Source: Octopus vulgaris (Eukaryota). Taken from it: a stretch of 64,000 nucleotides of DNA. This document shows positions 1-12,518 of this stretch, one piece after another. The notes under the pieces were generated by a model. It saw only the letters and a list, made by a program, of their open reading frames with translations. It ran no database searches and was not told where the DNA came from. Each line of letters opens with the position of its first letter. Within the stretch, counting starts at the first letter, position 1. Location of the stretch: NCBI GenBank assembly GCA_951406725.2, contig OX597829.1, positions 9,238,001-9,302,000 on the forward strand, given 5' to 3'. Both the position numbers and the translations under genes were made by a program.

Positions 1-1241
1 CTTCCGCTTCCTGTGGAAGTGTGGCGTTCCGATGGTGAGGAAGTCCATTTGCTGTCAACATCCGTTGAATGGAGGACTGGGCATGCCGTGGTTGATGATG
101 CGCAGGCATGCGCTGAGACTGCGACATCTCTGGAAATTCATCGACGACGGTGAACAGGTGTGGGCGCCGTTTGTGAGGCGCGACTTCCCGCAGCTCGTCT
201 CACTGACCGAACTGCAAACGTGGATCAAGAAGAGACCGAAACTGGGCGATTGGTACCGAGAGTGTCGCCAAGCTCAACAGCAGCTCTGCCGACCGGGGTC
301 AAACTTGTGCAACTTACAAACGACTAAAGCGTTCTATAGAGGACTAGTGGAGGGGAGGTCCGACGACACACTCGGGGCGTCGACGAGAAATTCCTAACCC
401 GCCTGTTCAGGAGGACGTTCGGGCCGGGGCCTATGGATTACTTCCAGAAATGCCTGGCTTGGCAGTGCTATCGAGACGCACTACCTGTTCGAGAGAAGAG
501 CTACAGGCACGGTTCGAAAACCATCACCGGACCGACCTGCCCGAGATGCGGTCAGAGCGACGAAACCGTTCTGCACGCACTCGTGCAGTGTGCAGATATT
601 TCAGAGCTGTGGACCTTCGTCTAACAGCTGTTGTCACGTGTAGGTCGGGCTCGCCTATCGGCCGAGTCTGTCGTGAATATTGTTCCACCACCTTCCTTTA
701 AACGGGAAGGGAAAACGGTTTTCGTTACGCTGATGGCTATGGCGAAAGAATGTGTGTGGTGGACGCCTTTGAAAAGACTGCAAACAAACACCTTCCTCTC
801 TGGTTAATCTCTCGTCAACTTTTTCAAGTACCACTTGAAAAGGAGGATGAGAATAGAGAGGAAGGCTTTGTCGAACGAATGTTTTAATAAAAAGTGGGTA
901 AAAGTGGCAAAAACGGTCAGTATGAAAGACGACACTATTTTAAGCATAAATCTGTAACCAAAAGAGACAACGGGATGTAAGGTGACTTACTCATGTGTTC
1001 ATTTTCGAACTGTCTGAGGTGACCTTGGTCTTTTTTTTAGGTTTTTCTTTCCAAGGCTACACCTAAACTGTGAACTTTATATATATATATTGCTTTTTTA
1101 TACACCACACAACCCACAGATCCCTATTGATCAAACGTCTTTTTTTTTGTGCCCCACCCATCCCACCTCGAAAAGAAAAAATTCTACATTGTATTTCGTC
1201 CATTTTTATTCTGTTTTGCCCTGTGTGGCTACAATAAAAAG

Positions 1242-1242
<1 letters not shown>
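1..1242 (+). mobile_element. Tx1/L1-like non-LTR retrotransposon, 3' part (ORF2 C-terminus with zinc-finger, 3' UTR), disrupted
   Basis: ORFs 32-397 and 433-624 give GGLGMP and LPVRE..CPRCGQSDETVLHALVQC (RT-associated CCHC-type zinc finger), with frameshifts and stops. AATAAA at 1233-1238 runs directly into (TATC)n. Confidence 0.85.
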
Positions 1243-1334
<92 letters not shown>

Positions 1335-1345
1335 CATCCATCCAC

Positions 1346-1412
<67 letters not shown>

Positions 1413-1421
1413 CTATCTATC

Positions 1422-1452
<31 letters not shown>

Positions 1453-1457
1453 CTATG

Positions 1458-1531
<74 letters not shown>

Positions 1532-1547
1532 CATATCTATCTATCTA
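1243..1547. repeat. (TATC)n microsatellite
   Basis: Direct reading of the sequence. Confidence 0.98.
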
Positions 1548-1739
1548 TTTTTTTCGCCTTCCCTCTTGGCTATTCGTGGTTCAAAGGGGCATGCAACATC
1601 AACTACACAGTATATATGGTGCACCTTGTCCACCACTGCAAGGTCCGGTCAGTTATGCTCTAACACCTGATCTGTTTGGATTGGGAAATCCCAGAGGATT
1701 TTGCTAATCTCCGACTCCGCCACTCTCTATTGCTTGTGC

Positions 1740-2550
1740 TCATGCCACGTATTGCCTCTCTCTAATCCCCACTTTTCGCAGTTTCCAACGTAGCACTTTC
1801 GCTACTTGATCGTGTCGCCACAACTTGTAGTGGTTTTGGGTAAGTCTTGGGCATTCGTTTGTGATATGGACAATGGTTTCATCCATTCTGTTGCAGGTGC
1901 GGCACAGCGGAGACACTTGCTCATTCCTCAGGTTGACTTTCCAGTTCGTGGCCAAAGCTTGGTCTTGCGCAGCGAATATAGTACTCTCGGTCTCTTTTTT
2001 AGGGTTCCTTTCATCAGCTAATCCCACCTACTTTTCCAACAACTGTTTTGGCTACATGCAATAAATTGTGTAGTCCCTTCTTGCGTAATTCTTCTCCATG
2101 TCCATTTTGCTCTTCTTCCTTTGTTTTTCCCTTTTCCACTGCTTTCAATACCCACTCGTTCCTAACTGTCACTAGCAAGGTTTCCATACTTGGGGCACGC
2201 AGTCTTCCACACTAATCAGTCCATTTGCTCTCTTCATGTGTAGGCGATCAGTGTCTGCACGTGGATGATGGGATGCAATGCATCGTTAGGAGCTTTCTTG
2301 ACTTCCTGTCCATCTCCTTTAGCTCCTTCTCTGTCCACTTCAGAATTCCAGCGCCATACCGAACTACTCTGACTGCACGCGTGTCTATTGCCGAAATTAT
2401 GTTTAAGGCATTCAGCTTTGAACTCAATATTTCTCTCATTCCCCGCAAGTACTCTTTCTGTTGTGGTTACATGGAATTGATTGTGTAGTCCCTTCTTGCG
2501 TAATTCTTCGTCATGACCATTTTGCACTTGTTCCTTTGTTTTTCCTTTTT
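1740..2550 (-). mobile_element. R4/Dong-like LINE fragment
   Basis: Minus ORFs give ILSSKLNALNIISAIDT..RKSRKLLTMH and AAQDQALATN..CRTCNRMDETIVHITNECP..RHDQVAK, matching the motifs of the element at 17.2-21.1 kb. Confidence 0.85.
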
Positions 2551-2552
2551 TC

Positions 2553-4502
2553 GTGTCTAAATTCTCATGCTAAAGCATGTGAACTTAGACACGAAAGTGC
2601 GGAAGCCGTTGAATGGGCCTGAGTGACAGAGGCACGGCGCGGCAATGAATCCACGATACGGTCTTTGCCGAACCACGTAGGGCAAATGATAATTGATCCG
2701 GGGCAGATGTGTAAGGCCTTTCAGTGGCGCTTCGCTCAACTGTTCGGGAGCAGCGGGGAGCCGGGTCGCAGGATGGATCTCAAGGGTTGCAGCGGCTCAC
2801 GTCGACGGATACGAAGCGCTGCGAAAGCCTAATAACAGCCTTTGATATACGAGAAGCTATGGCTAGCTGCACGAAGGGTAAATCGCCCTGTTTGGATTGT
2901 TTGCCCTACGAACTTTACGCTTACATGCCAGACTTGTTCGGTGACCTCTTAGCAAACGTTTATTGCGTTTGTGAGCGGAGGAGCGGTGGCGTTGCTGAGA
3001 AAAGACTCGAACAAAGGAGATTATTTTGACAAATTTAGGCCCATAACTCTGCTGAATGCAGAGTTCAACATTTTGAGGTATTAGCTACAAAGCTGGCACT
3101 TGTCGTCAGGGATCTGGTAGGGGAGGTAAAGACATGTGCCACCCCGAAAAGATCCATCCACGACAAGCTCCACCTCATGCGATACATCATTGAAAAATAT
3201 GGCTAAAGAATCTGGCACGGGTGAGGCCCTGGTCAATTCAGATCAGTCTAAAACTTTCGGTATGATCGACCATTTATACCTGGCGGCGGTCCTCAAGGCG
3301 GCTAGTTTCGGGCCTGTATTTAGAGGCACGATCGTTGCAATGAGCTGTAACATCTGTTCAGTGGTCAGAGTGAACGGTCACCTCTCAGAGCCGTTCTACA
3401 TCATGCGCTCGGTCCGGCAAGGTTGTCCCCTCTCTTCTCACTTGTACATACTGACTCTCGAGCCACTACTACACAAACTGGAAGTGGTGAGAGGCATACC
3501 GCGTGACCTAGGACGTGGGATATGCGTGTCGGCATATGCCAACGACGTCACCGTAGTGGTGCCGGATCATAAACACATAGAAACGATCGGCACCGGTCTC
3601 AGGGACTATGAGATGGATTCAGGAGTGACAATTACCCAGGAAAAATCAGTGGGCTTGTGGCTCGGAACCTAGAGAAACAAGTCCATGCCGTCCAAGTGCG
3701 TCGTTGAGCGAGTGACGGACCGGTTAAATTGCTTGGGGTCTGGTTCGGTCCGGACCTCAAGATGGACAAAAACTGTGATGTGGTAATGAGCAGGGTGACT
3801 ACACTCTCCCAGAAATGACCCGAGAGAAAGTTATTAAAGGTCAGGCAGATATGGCTAACGCGTATATCACGTCCGTCATCTACTATCGTTTGACCATCGT
3901 GCTTTGTCCTGGCCACCATCTGATTAAGCTGGAGCGTATACTCTTCTGCTTCTTGTGGAAGGGACGCGTCCCGATGGTCAGGCAATCTATCTGCTGCCAG
4001 CACCCGCTGGGTGGTGCACTGGGTATGCCGTGGTTGATGATGAACAGACATGCGCTGAGGCTATATCTCCAGTGCTTCCTTGACGGTGAAGAGGTGTGGT
4101 CGTCGGTTCGCCAGACACGTATTTCTGCAGCTTGTTTCTTTAATGGAGTTGCAGTCTTGGGGAAAAAAACAGAGACCTCGGAGAAGCTTTTAGAAAGTGG
4201 AATGTCTGCAAGCGCTCACCGCCCTCAGCCAATCGGACGGATTCAGTCGCACAGGCGACAGCAGGTGTTCGTCAAAAACCCACAGATCAGCAATGTTCGG
4301 GCACTGGACGAATGCATGCAAGACCGTCGTGTCGTCCTGCGTGCATCTCGTACATGCTCGGCTGACGGCTCGTCGGCACCTGTAAAGCTTATATCGAACG
4401 GGCAAAGCTCCCCAGTATCGCTGCCAGGCCAGAGATTTTGGAAATCTAAAGTGGACGTTCCGCCTATTGCACCGTCCGATTGGCTGAGGGCGGTGATCGC
4501 TT
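2553..4502 (+). mobile_element. Tx1/L1-like LINE ORF2 fragment (RT) with inverted 3' segment
   Basis: KSPCLDCLPYELY, SVRQGCPLS and YANDVTV (degenerate YADD) RT motifs. MVRQSICCQHPLGGALGMPWL is paralogous to ORF 32-397. The zinc-finger part (4241-4502) is on the minus strand. Confidence 0.88.
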
Positions 4503-4509
4503 ATAAAAC

Positions 4510-4615
4510 GTGACCGACCAGACCATCAGATGTTGTTACATATCGCTGGTCACAATGCGTTCGCATTGTTTTAGCCTTCGAATGACGCCACCCCGCTGGC
4601 TAAGCGAGCAGGCCA
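4510..4615 (-). mobile_element. 3' fragment of tRNA-SINE family B
   Basis: Nearly identical to 28184-28292, which is the tail of a SINE with a tRNA-like head. Confidence 0.7.
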
Positions 4616-4746
4616 ATATATATATATATATATATATATATGCGCATATAAATATATATGGCTAGAAAAATATATGCAACATGATATATCAATGATAACT
4701 ATATCTATTTACCTACCTATCTCTCAATTCCACGTACGCATTTATG

Positions 4747-4778
<32 letters not shown>

Positions 4779-4857
4779 TGTATGCATGCATAAGTACACA
4801 TATACACAGATAGACAGACACACACGCACATATATATTGTGAGAAAGTGAGGGACAT

Positions 4858-5050
4858 TTGTTTCAGACATTTGAATGCGGCCATGCTGTAGCCCCGCCTT
4901 TAGTCGAGCAAATCGACCCCAGGACTTATTCTTTGTAAGCCTAGTACTTATTCTATCGGTCTCTTTTGCCGAACCGCTACTGTTACGTGGACGTAAACAC
5001 ACCACCATCGGCTGTAAAACGATGTTGAGGAGACAAACACAGACACACAA

Positions 5051-5085
<35 letters not shown>

Positions 5086-5238
5086 CGACTGTCTTCTTTC
5101 AGTTTCCGCCTACCAAATCCACTCACAAGGCTTTAGTCGGCCCGAGGCTATAGTAGAAGACACTTGCCCAAAGTGCCACGCGGTGGGACTGAACCCGGAA
5201 CCATGTGGCTGGTAAGCAAGCTACTTACCACACAGCCA
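4858..5238 (-). mobile_element. tRNA-derived SINE family A (octopus-type), near full length
   Basis: Minus strand reads ggctgtgtggtaagtagcttg...ggttccgggttcagtccc (pol III A/B-box-like), has an internal (TG)n, and has many homologous copies in the window. Confidence 0.85.
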
Positions 5239-5948
5239 GTAGGGTTATGTAAAGTTTTACTTTGACAGCTATTTAAAGACGGTCATAGCATACATGATAA
5301 CCGTATTCATAAGCAGTATGTACACGATGCGACAACTGATAAAATTGCCAAAGTAATTTAGGTGTCCCTTCTGAAGAGTAAGGTGTCATCCATCCTAATT
5401 ATCCTAAATCTGTTTTAAATACCAAGAGGAATTGCCATTATGATTTGCAACCTTTCTGCCGATAATAATAATTCGCTAATCGTGCCCCTTACTATGACTA
5501 ATGCCTCGGCAACTGCGGTTTCCTAATGAAGATCTAAACCTCCAATACAAAATTGAGAAATCGAATTAGAATTCTAACTGCTTGTAGTTGTGGGTAGCCT
5601 CCTCCAACCTTACCCACTATCCGTCGCCCCACTAACATTTTCCAGCACATTCTTCCGAGCATTCATTCCAGGTGGAAAAAATTTCGATCGCCCCTGTCTA
5701 ACAAATGCAACTCTACAAATGGCCATCTTGCCTCAAGTCGTATAAACGGGAAATCTTATGGTTTGCACCTCCGTTCTCCTTTCAAGTTACTTCTACATTA
5801 AAGCTCTTGTTTAAAATAATGGTGGCACGGTGGTGGTTGTTGTAAGGAGTATGTTATGGTTGCTGACGGTGAGTTGTGGTTTGAAGATGAGATTTTGCTG
5901 GCATTTCTCGGTGATCGAAAGATTCTCAAGTTGACCTTATTCGTTACG

Positions 5949-5966
5949 TTAGGGTTAGGGTTAGGG
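5949..5966 (+). repeat. (TTAGGG)3 interstitial telomere-like repeat
   Basis: ttagggttagggttaggg read directly. Confidence 0.7.
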
Positions 5967-6817
5967 TTAATGATAGGGGTCATTGTTGTATTATTTTAAT
6001 ATTTATTATCAAGGATGTTGTTGTTTAATTCCAGGTCAGCCCTGGTCAATGAGACTTAAGAATATTAGCGATGCTGCTCTAGTAATGACCATCTCGTATT
6101 ACACGCAGTATGTCTAAGAAACCAAAAATTCAGCATATTCTTTTTTAAAGAAGGTACTATGTGAATTCTGAGGATATTTGATTCCTACTTTTAGCAAGTG
6201 AAGCAACTAAGTAGAATTAGATTTCGTGGTAGTTTTAGTAATGCCGGTGGTGATTCTGTAGGAAGATTTAGGACGATCGTACATATTAAATGCAAATGCT
6301 AGACTGGGTAACGGGGCAATGGGGTTGATATACTGCTTCTGCTGATATGTATCGTTTCTGTTGATGCTGTTTTTGCTTAATCTAAAGACATTCCAACCGT
6401 GACCATCACATGTCGTTGTATAAGGAGGACTACGTTAGCCAGTGCGTCTTTCCTTGTCGTCCAAGAAAATAGGGTGTTCGACCACTCAATGGCGCTCTTG
6501 TTATCGCGATCGTCATTATGTTCATTGCTCGTTACGTATGATGTGCTTTTGTTTTTGTTGTCGGTGTCGTAGTTCTTACCACCATCTTGCAGCTAATATA
6601 TCCTCAACCACTACCACTACCACACCCATAAGTACTACCTTAATCACAGTCACAATCACCACCAACATTACCACCACTGCCGCCGCCACCATCACTACCA
6701 TCACCTTCATCATCATAACCATAAAATTCCCGGAAACACCCTTTAGCCACTAACATCAGCTGACCGTTATCAATATAATTCCTCCCCCAACCTGTCATCA
6801 CTTCCAATATGGCTCGC

Positions 6818-7056
6818 TACCACCACCACCACCACCACCACCACCTTCACCACCACCACCACCACCACCACCACCACCACCACCACCACCACCACCACCA
6901 CCACCACCACCACCACCTTCACCACCACCACCACCACCACCTTCACCACCACTACCACCACCACCACCACCTTCACCACCACCACCAACACCACCACCAC
7001 CTTCACCACCAACACCACCACCACCACCTTCACCACCACCACCACCACCACCACCA
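6818..7056. repeat. (CAC)n trinucleotide repeat with CTT interruptions
   Basis: Direct reading; source of the poly-H/poly-V/poly-G ORFs. Confidence 0.98.
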
Positions 7057-7689
7057 GCCATGACTAACGCGTGAGCATTGAACTATATATTATACAATGG
7101 ATCATTTGCTATTTCTTTCTTTTGAGGACAGTTTTATCTGATTTAAGGGAAATTTGACTGTTACTTTTAGCAAGAAGAGTGACCACGTACAGACTTCATT
7201 GTTGGTTTGAAATTGTTGGCTTTGATTGCGATGAGGGTGGGGGTTTGATGTTGCTACCGTCATTTTTGAAATGGTGGTAATTGTAATGGTGGTGGCGGCG
7301 GCGGCGGTGGTGGTAGTGGTGGTGGTGGTAGTTGGAGGTGGTGATGGTAGTAGTGGTGGTGGTGGTGGTAGTTGGAGGTGGTAGCTGTGGTTGCATTGTC
7401 ATGTTTTGGGACAAATGCTTGATGGTAAAAAATATTGTCGTTCTTGTCGGTGATGGCGATATTTTGTGTTGGTCATGGTGATTATGATGTTGTGCAATCC
7501 GTATTTATAGGAAAACGGGTACAATTTATGCCGACATTTATCCACCTGTGCTCGCGCAAATTGCTATACATGCATAACGTAAATGTCTATATACATGCGC
7601 ACACCTATATATTTATATACATACATATATATATATGTATATATATATATATACACATACATATATGTATATATGGATGTATACATACT

Positions 7690-7739
<50 letters not shown>

Positions 7740-7926
7740 GATAGATAGATAGATAGATAGATAGACAGATGTATATGTGTTTGCGTGTGAGTGTGTGTGT
7801 GAATGTGTGTGTGGATGTACGTGCGCAATATAGACGCAGCTATACAAAACTACAGACATAGACACATATTTTCACACATGCCAACACGCATGCATGCATA
7901 CATACATGTAAGTAAAGAGAGGAACA

Positions 7927-7958
<32 letters not shown>

Positions 7959-7962
7959 AGGA

Positions 7963-8028
<66 letters not shown>
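7927..8028. repeat. (GAAA)n microsatellite
   Basis: Direct reading. Confidence 0.97.
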
Positions 8029-8030
<2 letters not shown>

Positions 8031-8833
8031 CATATGTCAAGCAGTCAGCTAGACAATCTATATATATCCCGTAGGTGTTGAGTTACAGGCTAGTGTGACA
8101 AGCCAAGGACAGACTTGACAATTACTCTGTGACTAGGGTGGGGCATCTCTGACGGGACCCAGACAGGGACAGGGTGACAGACAATAGCGTTTACCTAATG
8201 CATAAGTTACTCACAGATAGGAACTTTATTGCTCCGTCAATTTGCATGTGTGAATGTTTGAGTATATCAGTGCACGAGCGCATGTGAGTGCGCATCTGTA
8301 TGTAAAGGTACATTGACTTCTGCACACAAGCTGGAAGTTACTCAAACACACATGCATGCACATATGCACATACATACACATATACATACATAGAAACATA
8401 CATATATGCAAATATACCTACATACATACATAAAAACATACATACATACAAACATACATACATGCGTTCATACATATAAACATACATACATACATGCATA
8501 CATACGTACATACAAACAGGCATACAAACAAAAATACATACATACATACAAAACAGTACAGACCGTGTGTGCAGCATTGTTGAAATTTCAGTCAGGTTTG
8601 TATATTATGCATACAGGTGTGTGTTGTTAAAAGTAGTTTCAAAGCGAAAAATAACTCTATACTTATGTCTACCTGACCGTCTACATACATAGATTCACAC
8701 ACACACACGGACATATGAGTGTGTCTATATACATATATATATATACATATTTTCAAGTATATACTCATATGTATTTATAAATGCATGCACATATATATAT
8801 ATATATATACACACATACACATACACACACGCA

Positions 8834-8884
<51 letters not shown>

Positions 8885-8911
8885 GTATATACATATATAT
8901 TATATCCTTTT

Positions 8912-9056
8912 ATTATTTTATTTGCTTCAGTCATTGGATTACAACTATGCAGCAAAAACCACCTTCAGTGGAAGAAACGGACCCCAGGACTTATTGTTTG
9001 TAAGCCTAGTACTTATTCTATTGGTTTCTTTTGCCCAACCACTGAACACACCTACA
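8912..9056 (-). mobile_element. SINE family A 3' fragment
   Basis: gaccccaggacttattgtttgtaagcctagtacttattcta matches 4915-4956. Confidence 0.7.
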
Positions 9057-9547
9057 TTAATTGTCCTATTTTTAAATTTATATTTTTCACCGGAACAGTT
9101 CAATACTGAATTTTGGTTCCGAGTAAGCACGTTGTTACCGAAATGCAATTCGAATAGCCCGCCATTTACATAGATATGTAGAGATGTACATTCCTATATG
9201 CTGCGATGGACACTGCGGTTGCTCGTCTTGTATGTTGTGTTTGTTCATTCATATATATCTTGAGTTCGTTGCACTGAAGAACATAAAATGCATATACTGC
9301 ATTGATTGCGAAATCACAGGTGATATGTAACTAAATTCTGTTTTTAAATGACTCGCTTCGAAGATTGCATTCGGTACAATTTGTTTATTTTGGTAGTTTT
9401 GACTTTAAAAGTCCCTCCTAGCGTGCGGCATCTATGTGTAATAGTGCCCTCTATATAATATATATATGCATGTATATATACATATAGATGTAAGTACGTA
9501 CATATATGTATGCATATATTTTATTTATTAAATTATATATATATATA

Positions 9548-9935
9548 GGCGCGGGCGTGTCTGTGTGGTAAGAAGCTTGCTTCCCAACCACATACTTCTG
9601 GGTTCAGTTGCACTGCGTGACACCTTCAACAAGTGTCTTCCTCTATAACCCCGATCCAACGACATCTTTGTAAGTTGATCTGGTAGTTGGAAACTAAAAG
9701 AAGCCCTTCGTATGCATATATTTTTATCTATGTTTGTGAGTTTTTGTGTCTGTATTTGTCCCCGCACCCTCGCTTGACAACGTGTTGGTGTGTTTACGTC
9801 CCGTTAACTAGCGGTTCAGGAAACAAGAGTGGTAGAATAAGTAGTAGGCTCTCAAAGAATAAGTCCTGCGGTCCATTGTTCGACTAAAATCCCTCCAGAA
9901 TGGCCGCAGTCAAATGACTGAAAGAAAAGAATAAA
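9548..9935 (+). mobile_element. SINE family A copy
   Basis: Runs from ggcgcgggcgtgtctgtgtggtaagaagcttg to ggccgcagtcaaatgactgaaa; reverse complement of the 4858-5238 and 29972-30382 copies. Confidence 0.85.
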
Positions 9936-10110
9936 ATTATACATAAGTTTGTATATATGTTTGTATGTGAGTGTGTGTGTACTCATACATACATACATTC
10001 ACACATACATACATATATATAAAACTATATATATATATATTGGTAAAACGGTAAGATAACAAAAGAAAGAAAGAGACCTCAATATTATGTAAATAGAGGA
10101 AATTTATCTA

Positions 10111-10281
10111 TACGATAATATGTTACATTACTCGATAGTCAAGATAAAACTCTGAGTTTCATCTCTTCGGTTATCTGGCTATTTTCCAGATAACCGAAGA
10201 GATGGTGTTGTGGATTTCCACTTCGGCATCTGAAACTCAGAGTTTTATCTTGACTATCGAGTAATGTAACATATTATTGTA
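10111..10281. repeat. Palindromic element containing a hammerhead-like motif (+ strand 10188-10250)
   Basis: Outer arms 10111-10161/10231-10281 and inner arms 10160-10178/10186-10204. Motif reads AGAUAA-CCGAAGA-GAUG..CAUCU-GAAAC-UCAGA-GUU-UUAUCU. Confidence 0.75.
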
Positions 10282-10302
10282 TATATATATATATATATAT
10301 CT

Positions 10303-10494
10303 TGCGGCGTGGAAGGTGTTTATAAGCCATTTAAGAAACACACAAAACCGTTAGGTTCACTTCAACATTTAAATTTGATTTGTCAAAATATTTACGTCGC
10401 TTTCGTCGCTTTCAGACCGCGACCTGTTCACTGACAAAACTTCGTGCTGCATCTGAGAAAGTAACAGTTAGTTCATGATATATATATGTACGTA

Positions 10495-10527
<33 letters not shown>

Positions 10528-10708
10528 ATGTGTGTGTGTGTATGTATGTATGTATGTATTTATGTATGCATGTATGTATGTTCGTATGTATGTACGTATG
10601 TATGTATGTATGTACGTACGTATGTATGTATGTATGTATGTATGTATGTGAGAATGTAAGTATGTATGTATGTGCGAATGTATGTATGTATGTGCGTATG
10701 TATGTATG

Positions 10709-10740
<32 letters not shown>

Positions 10741-11276
10741 AATGTATGTATGTATGTGCGTATGTATGTATGTATGTGCGTATGTATGTATGTGTGTGTG
10801 TACATGTGTGTGTACATGTGAACGTATCTTTATGTAATGATATGTATCAGTTCAAGTTGTATACATGACTGTTACCTTGTTGAAGTTTGTATATATATAC
10901 ACATAGATTTATCTAGACAGACACACACATATATATATATGTGCGTTTGTCACTCTCACCACCGTCTAACAGTGAATGGATACAACGTCTTAGATACATA
11001 TATGCACATATAACTTTATACATATATACAAGTACACACAGTCATATATACACTTACACTCATACATATATACATACATACGTACATACATACATACACA
11101 CACATACAAATACATACATACATACATACATATACACATACACATACATACATACATCATACACACATACATACATACATACATATATACACATACACAT
11201 ACATACATACATGCATACATGCATACATACATACATACATACATACATACATACATACATACATACATACATACAT

Positions 11277-11307
<31 letters not shown>

Positions 11308-11495
11308 TACGTACATATATATCATGAACTAACTGTTACTTTCTCAGATGCAGCACGAAGTTTTGTCAGTGAAGAGGTCGCGGTCTGAAAGCGAGGAAAA
11401 TATATTGACAAATTAGATTTAAATGTTGAAGTGAATCTAACGGTTTTTGTGTGTTTCTTAAATGGCTTATAAACACCTTCCACGCTGCAATTGTA
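10303..11495. mobile_element. Foldback-like element: ~190 bp inverted arms plus inverted (TATG)n/(CATA)n tracts around a unique spacer
   Basis: 10303-10490 is the reverse complement of 11312-11490; spacer ~10820-11060. Confidence 0.8.
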
Positions 11496-11500
11496 TAAAA

Positions 11501-11538
11501 CTGTCTGATGAACGGCAACGAGAAACTCAGAGTAGCAG
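11501..11538 (+). ncRNA. Hammerhead-like motif with degenerate stem II
   Basis: CUGU-CUGAUGA-acggcaacga-GAAAC-UCAGA-GUA-GCAG. Confidence 0.45.
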
Positions 11539-11570
11539 ATTTTGTTGAATTTTCTGCTGCTTTAAATAAA

Positions 11571-11648
<78 letters not shown>

Positions 11649-11827
11649 TAAGTAATTAAGAGTTTAGCAACGATTTGCCTCACCACACACCGAATTTAGA
11701 AATAGCAGTCAAAGAGTTATGGCTATTCTTTCTACTTAAAAGGGAGACAGTAAAACCACACCATTTAAAAGGCAAACAACGCAGGCAAAAGAGAAAGAAA
11801 TGACGACAATCATTCTATATTAAGTCA

Positions 11828-11918
11828 CCTACGGACGTACGTTTCGAAATTAAGTCATAGGAAAGCATAAAAATTAAATAATTATGTCTTACCCGACTAT
11901 TTTTCTCCTCAGCGTAGG
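11828..11918 (-). ncRNA. Type I hammerhead ribozyme (copy 1)
   Basis: CCUACG-CUGAGGA-GAAA..UUUC-GAAAC-GUAC-GUC-CGUAGG: perfect 6 bp stem I, canonical core, GUC triplet. Confidence 0.85.
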
Positions 11919-12427
11919 ACTCTTCAATTATAAGTAATTGCGTCTCAATTATTAATAATTGTGTATTAAATTTGGAGGCACTAGAAGACATCACCTCAAC
12001 TCATAGTATCAGAGCGAGCGTAAGCCATTACCAGTACCACCAAATTCAAAGGGTGAATGAAAGTATGTCACCATCCTCCTCCCACCAGCGTGCTGCCAGA
12101 ATAAGATGTTGCGGTTATTTACTGGGATGAAATATAATTATCAGTAATAATATAGGGTGAAATTAATTAATTTGGAATAATCATTAATTTCACCAAGTAG
12201 ATTTCGGCATGTAAAAGCCCTATTCAAGGAAGGTTTAAGTAATACTAAGAAATTAAGGGTTTAGCAACGATTTGCCCCACCATACACCGAATTTAGAAAT
12301 AGCAGTCAAAGAGTTATGGCTATTCTTTCTACTTAAAAGGGAGATCACAGTAAAACCACAGCACGTAAAAGGCAAACAACGCAGGCAAAAGAAAAAGAAA
12401 TGACGACAATCATTCTATATTAAGTCA

Positions 12428-12518
12428 CCTAGGGACGTACGTTTCGAAATTAAGTCATAGGAAAGCATAAAAATTAAATAATTATGTCTTACCCGACTAT
12501 TTTTCTCCTCAGCGTAGG
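12428..12518 (-). ncRNA. Type I hammerhead ribozyme (copy 2)
   Basis: Same as copy 1, offset exactly 600 bp, with one stem I mismatch (CCUAGG). Confidence 0.8.

Noticed and set aside
3815-4513. 232 aa ORF as an independent protein
   Set aside because: A LINE ORF2 piece reading through a frameshift and into the inverted segment
5949-5966. Telomere or chromosome-fusion site
   Set aside because: Only three TTAGGG units, with no head-to-head array
6770-7063. Poly-His, poly-Gly and poly-Val ORFs
   Set aside because: Three readings of one (CAC)n repeat
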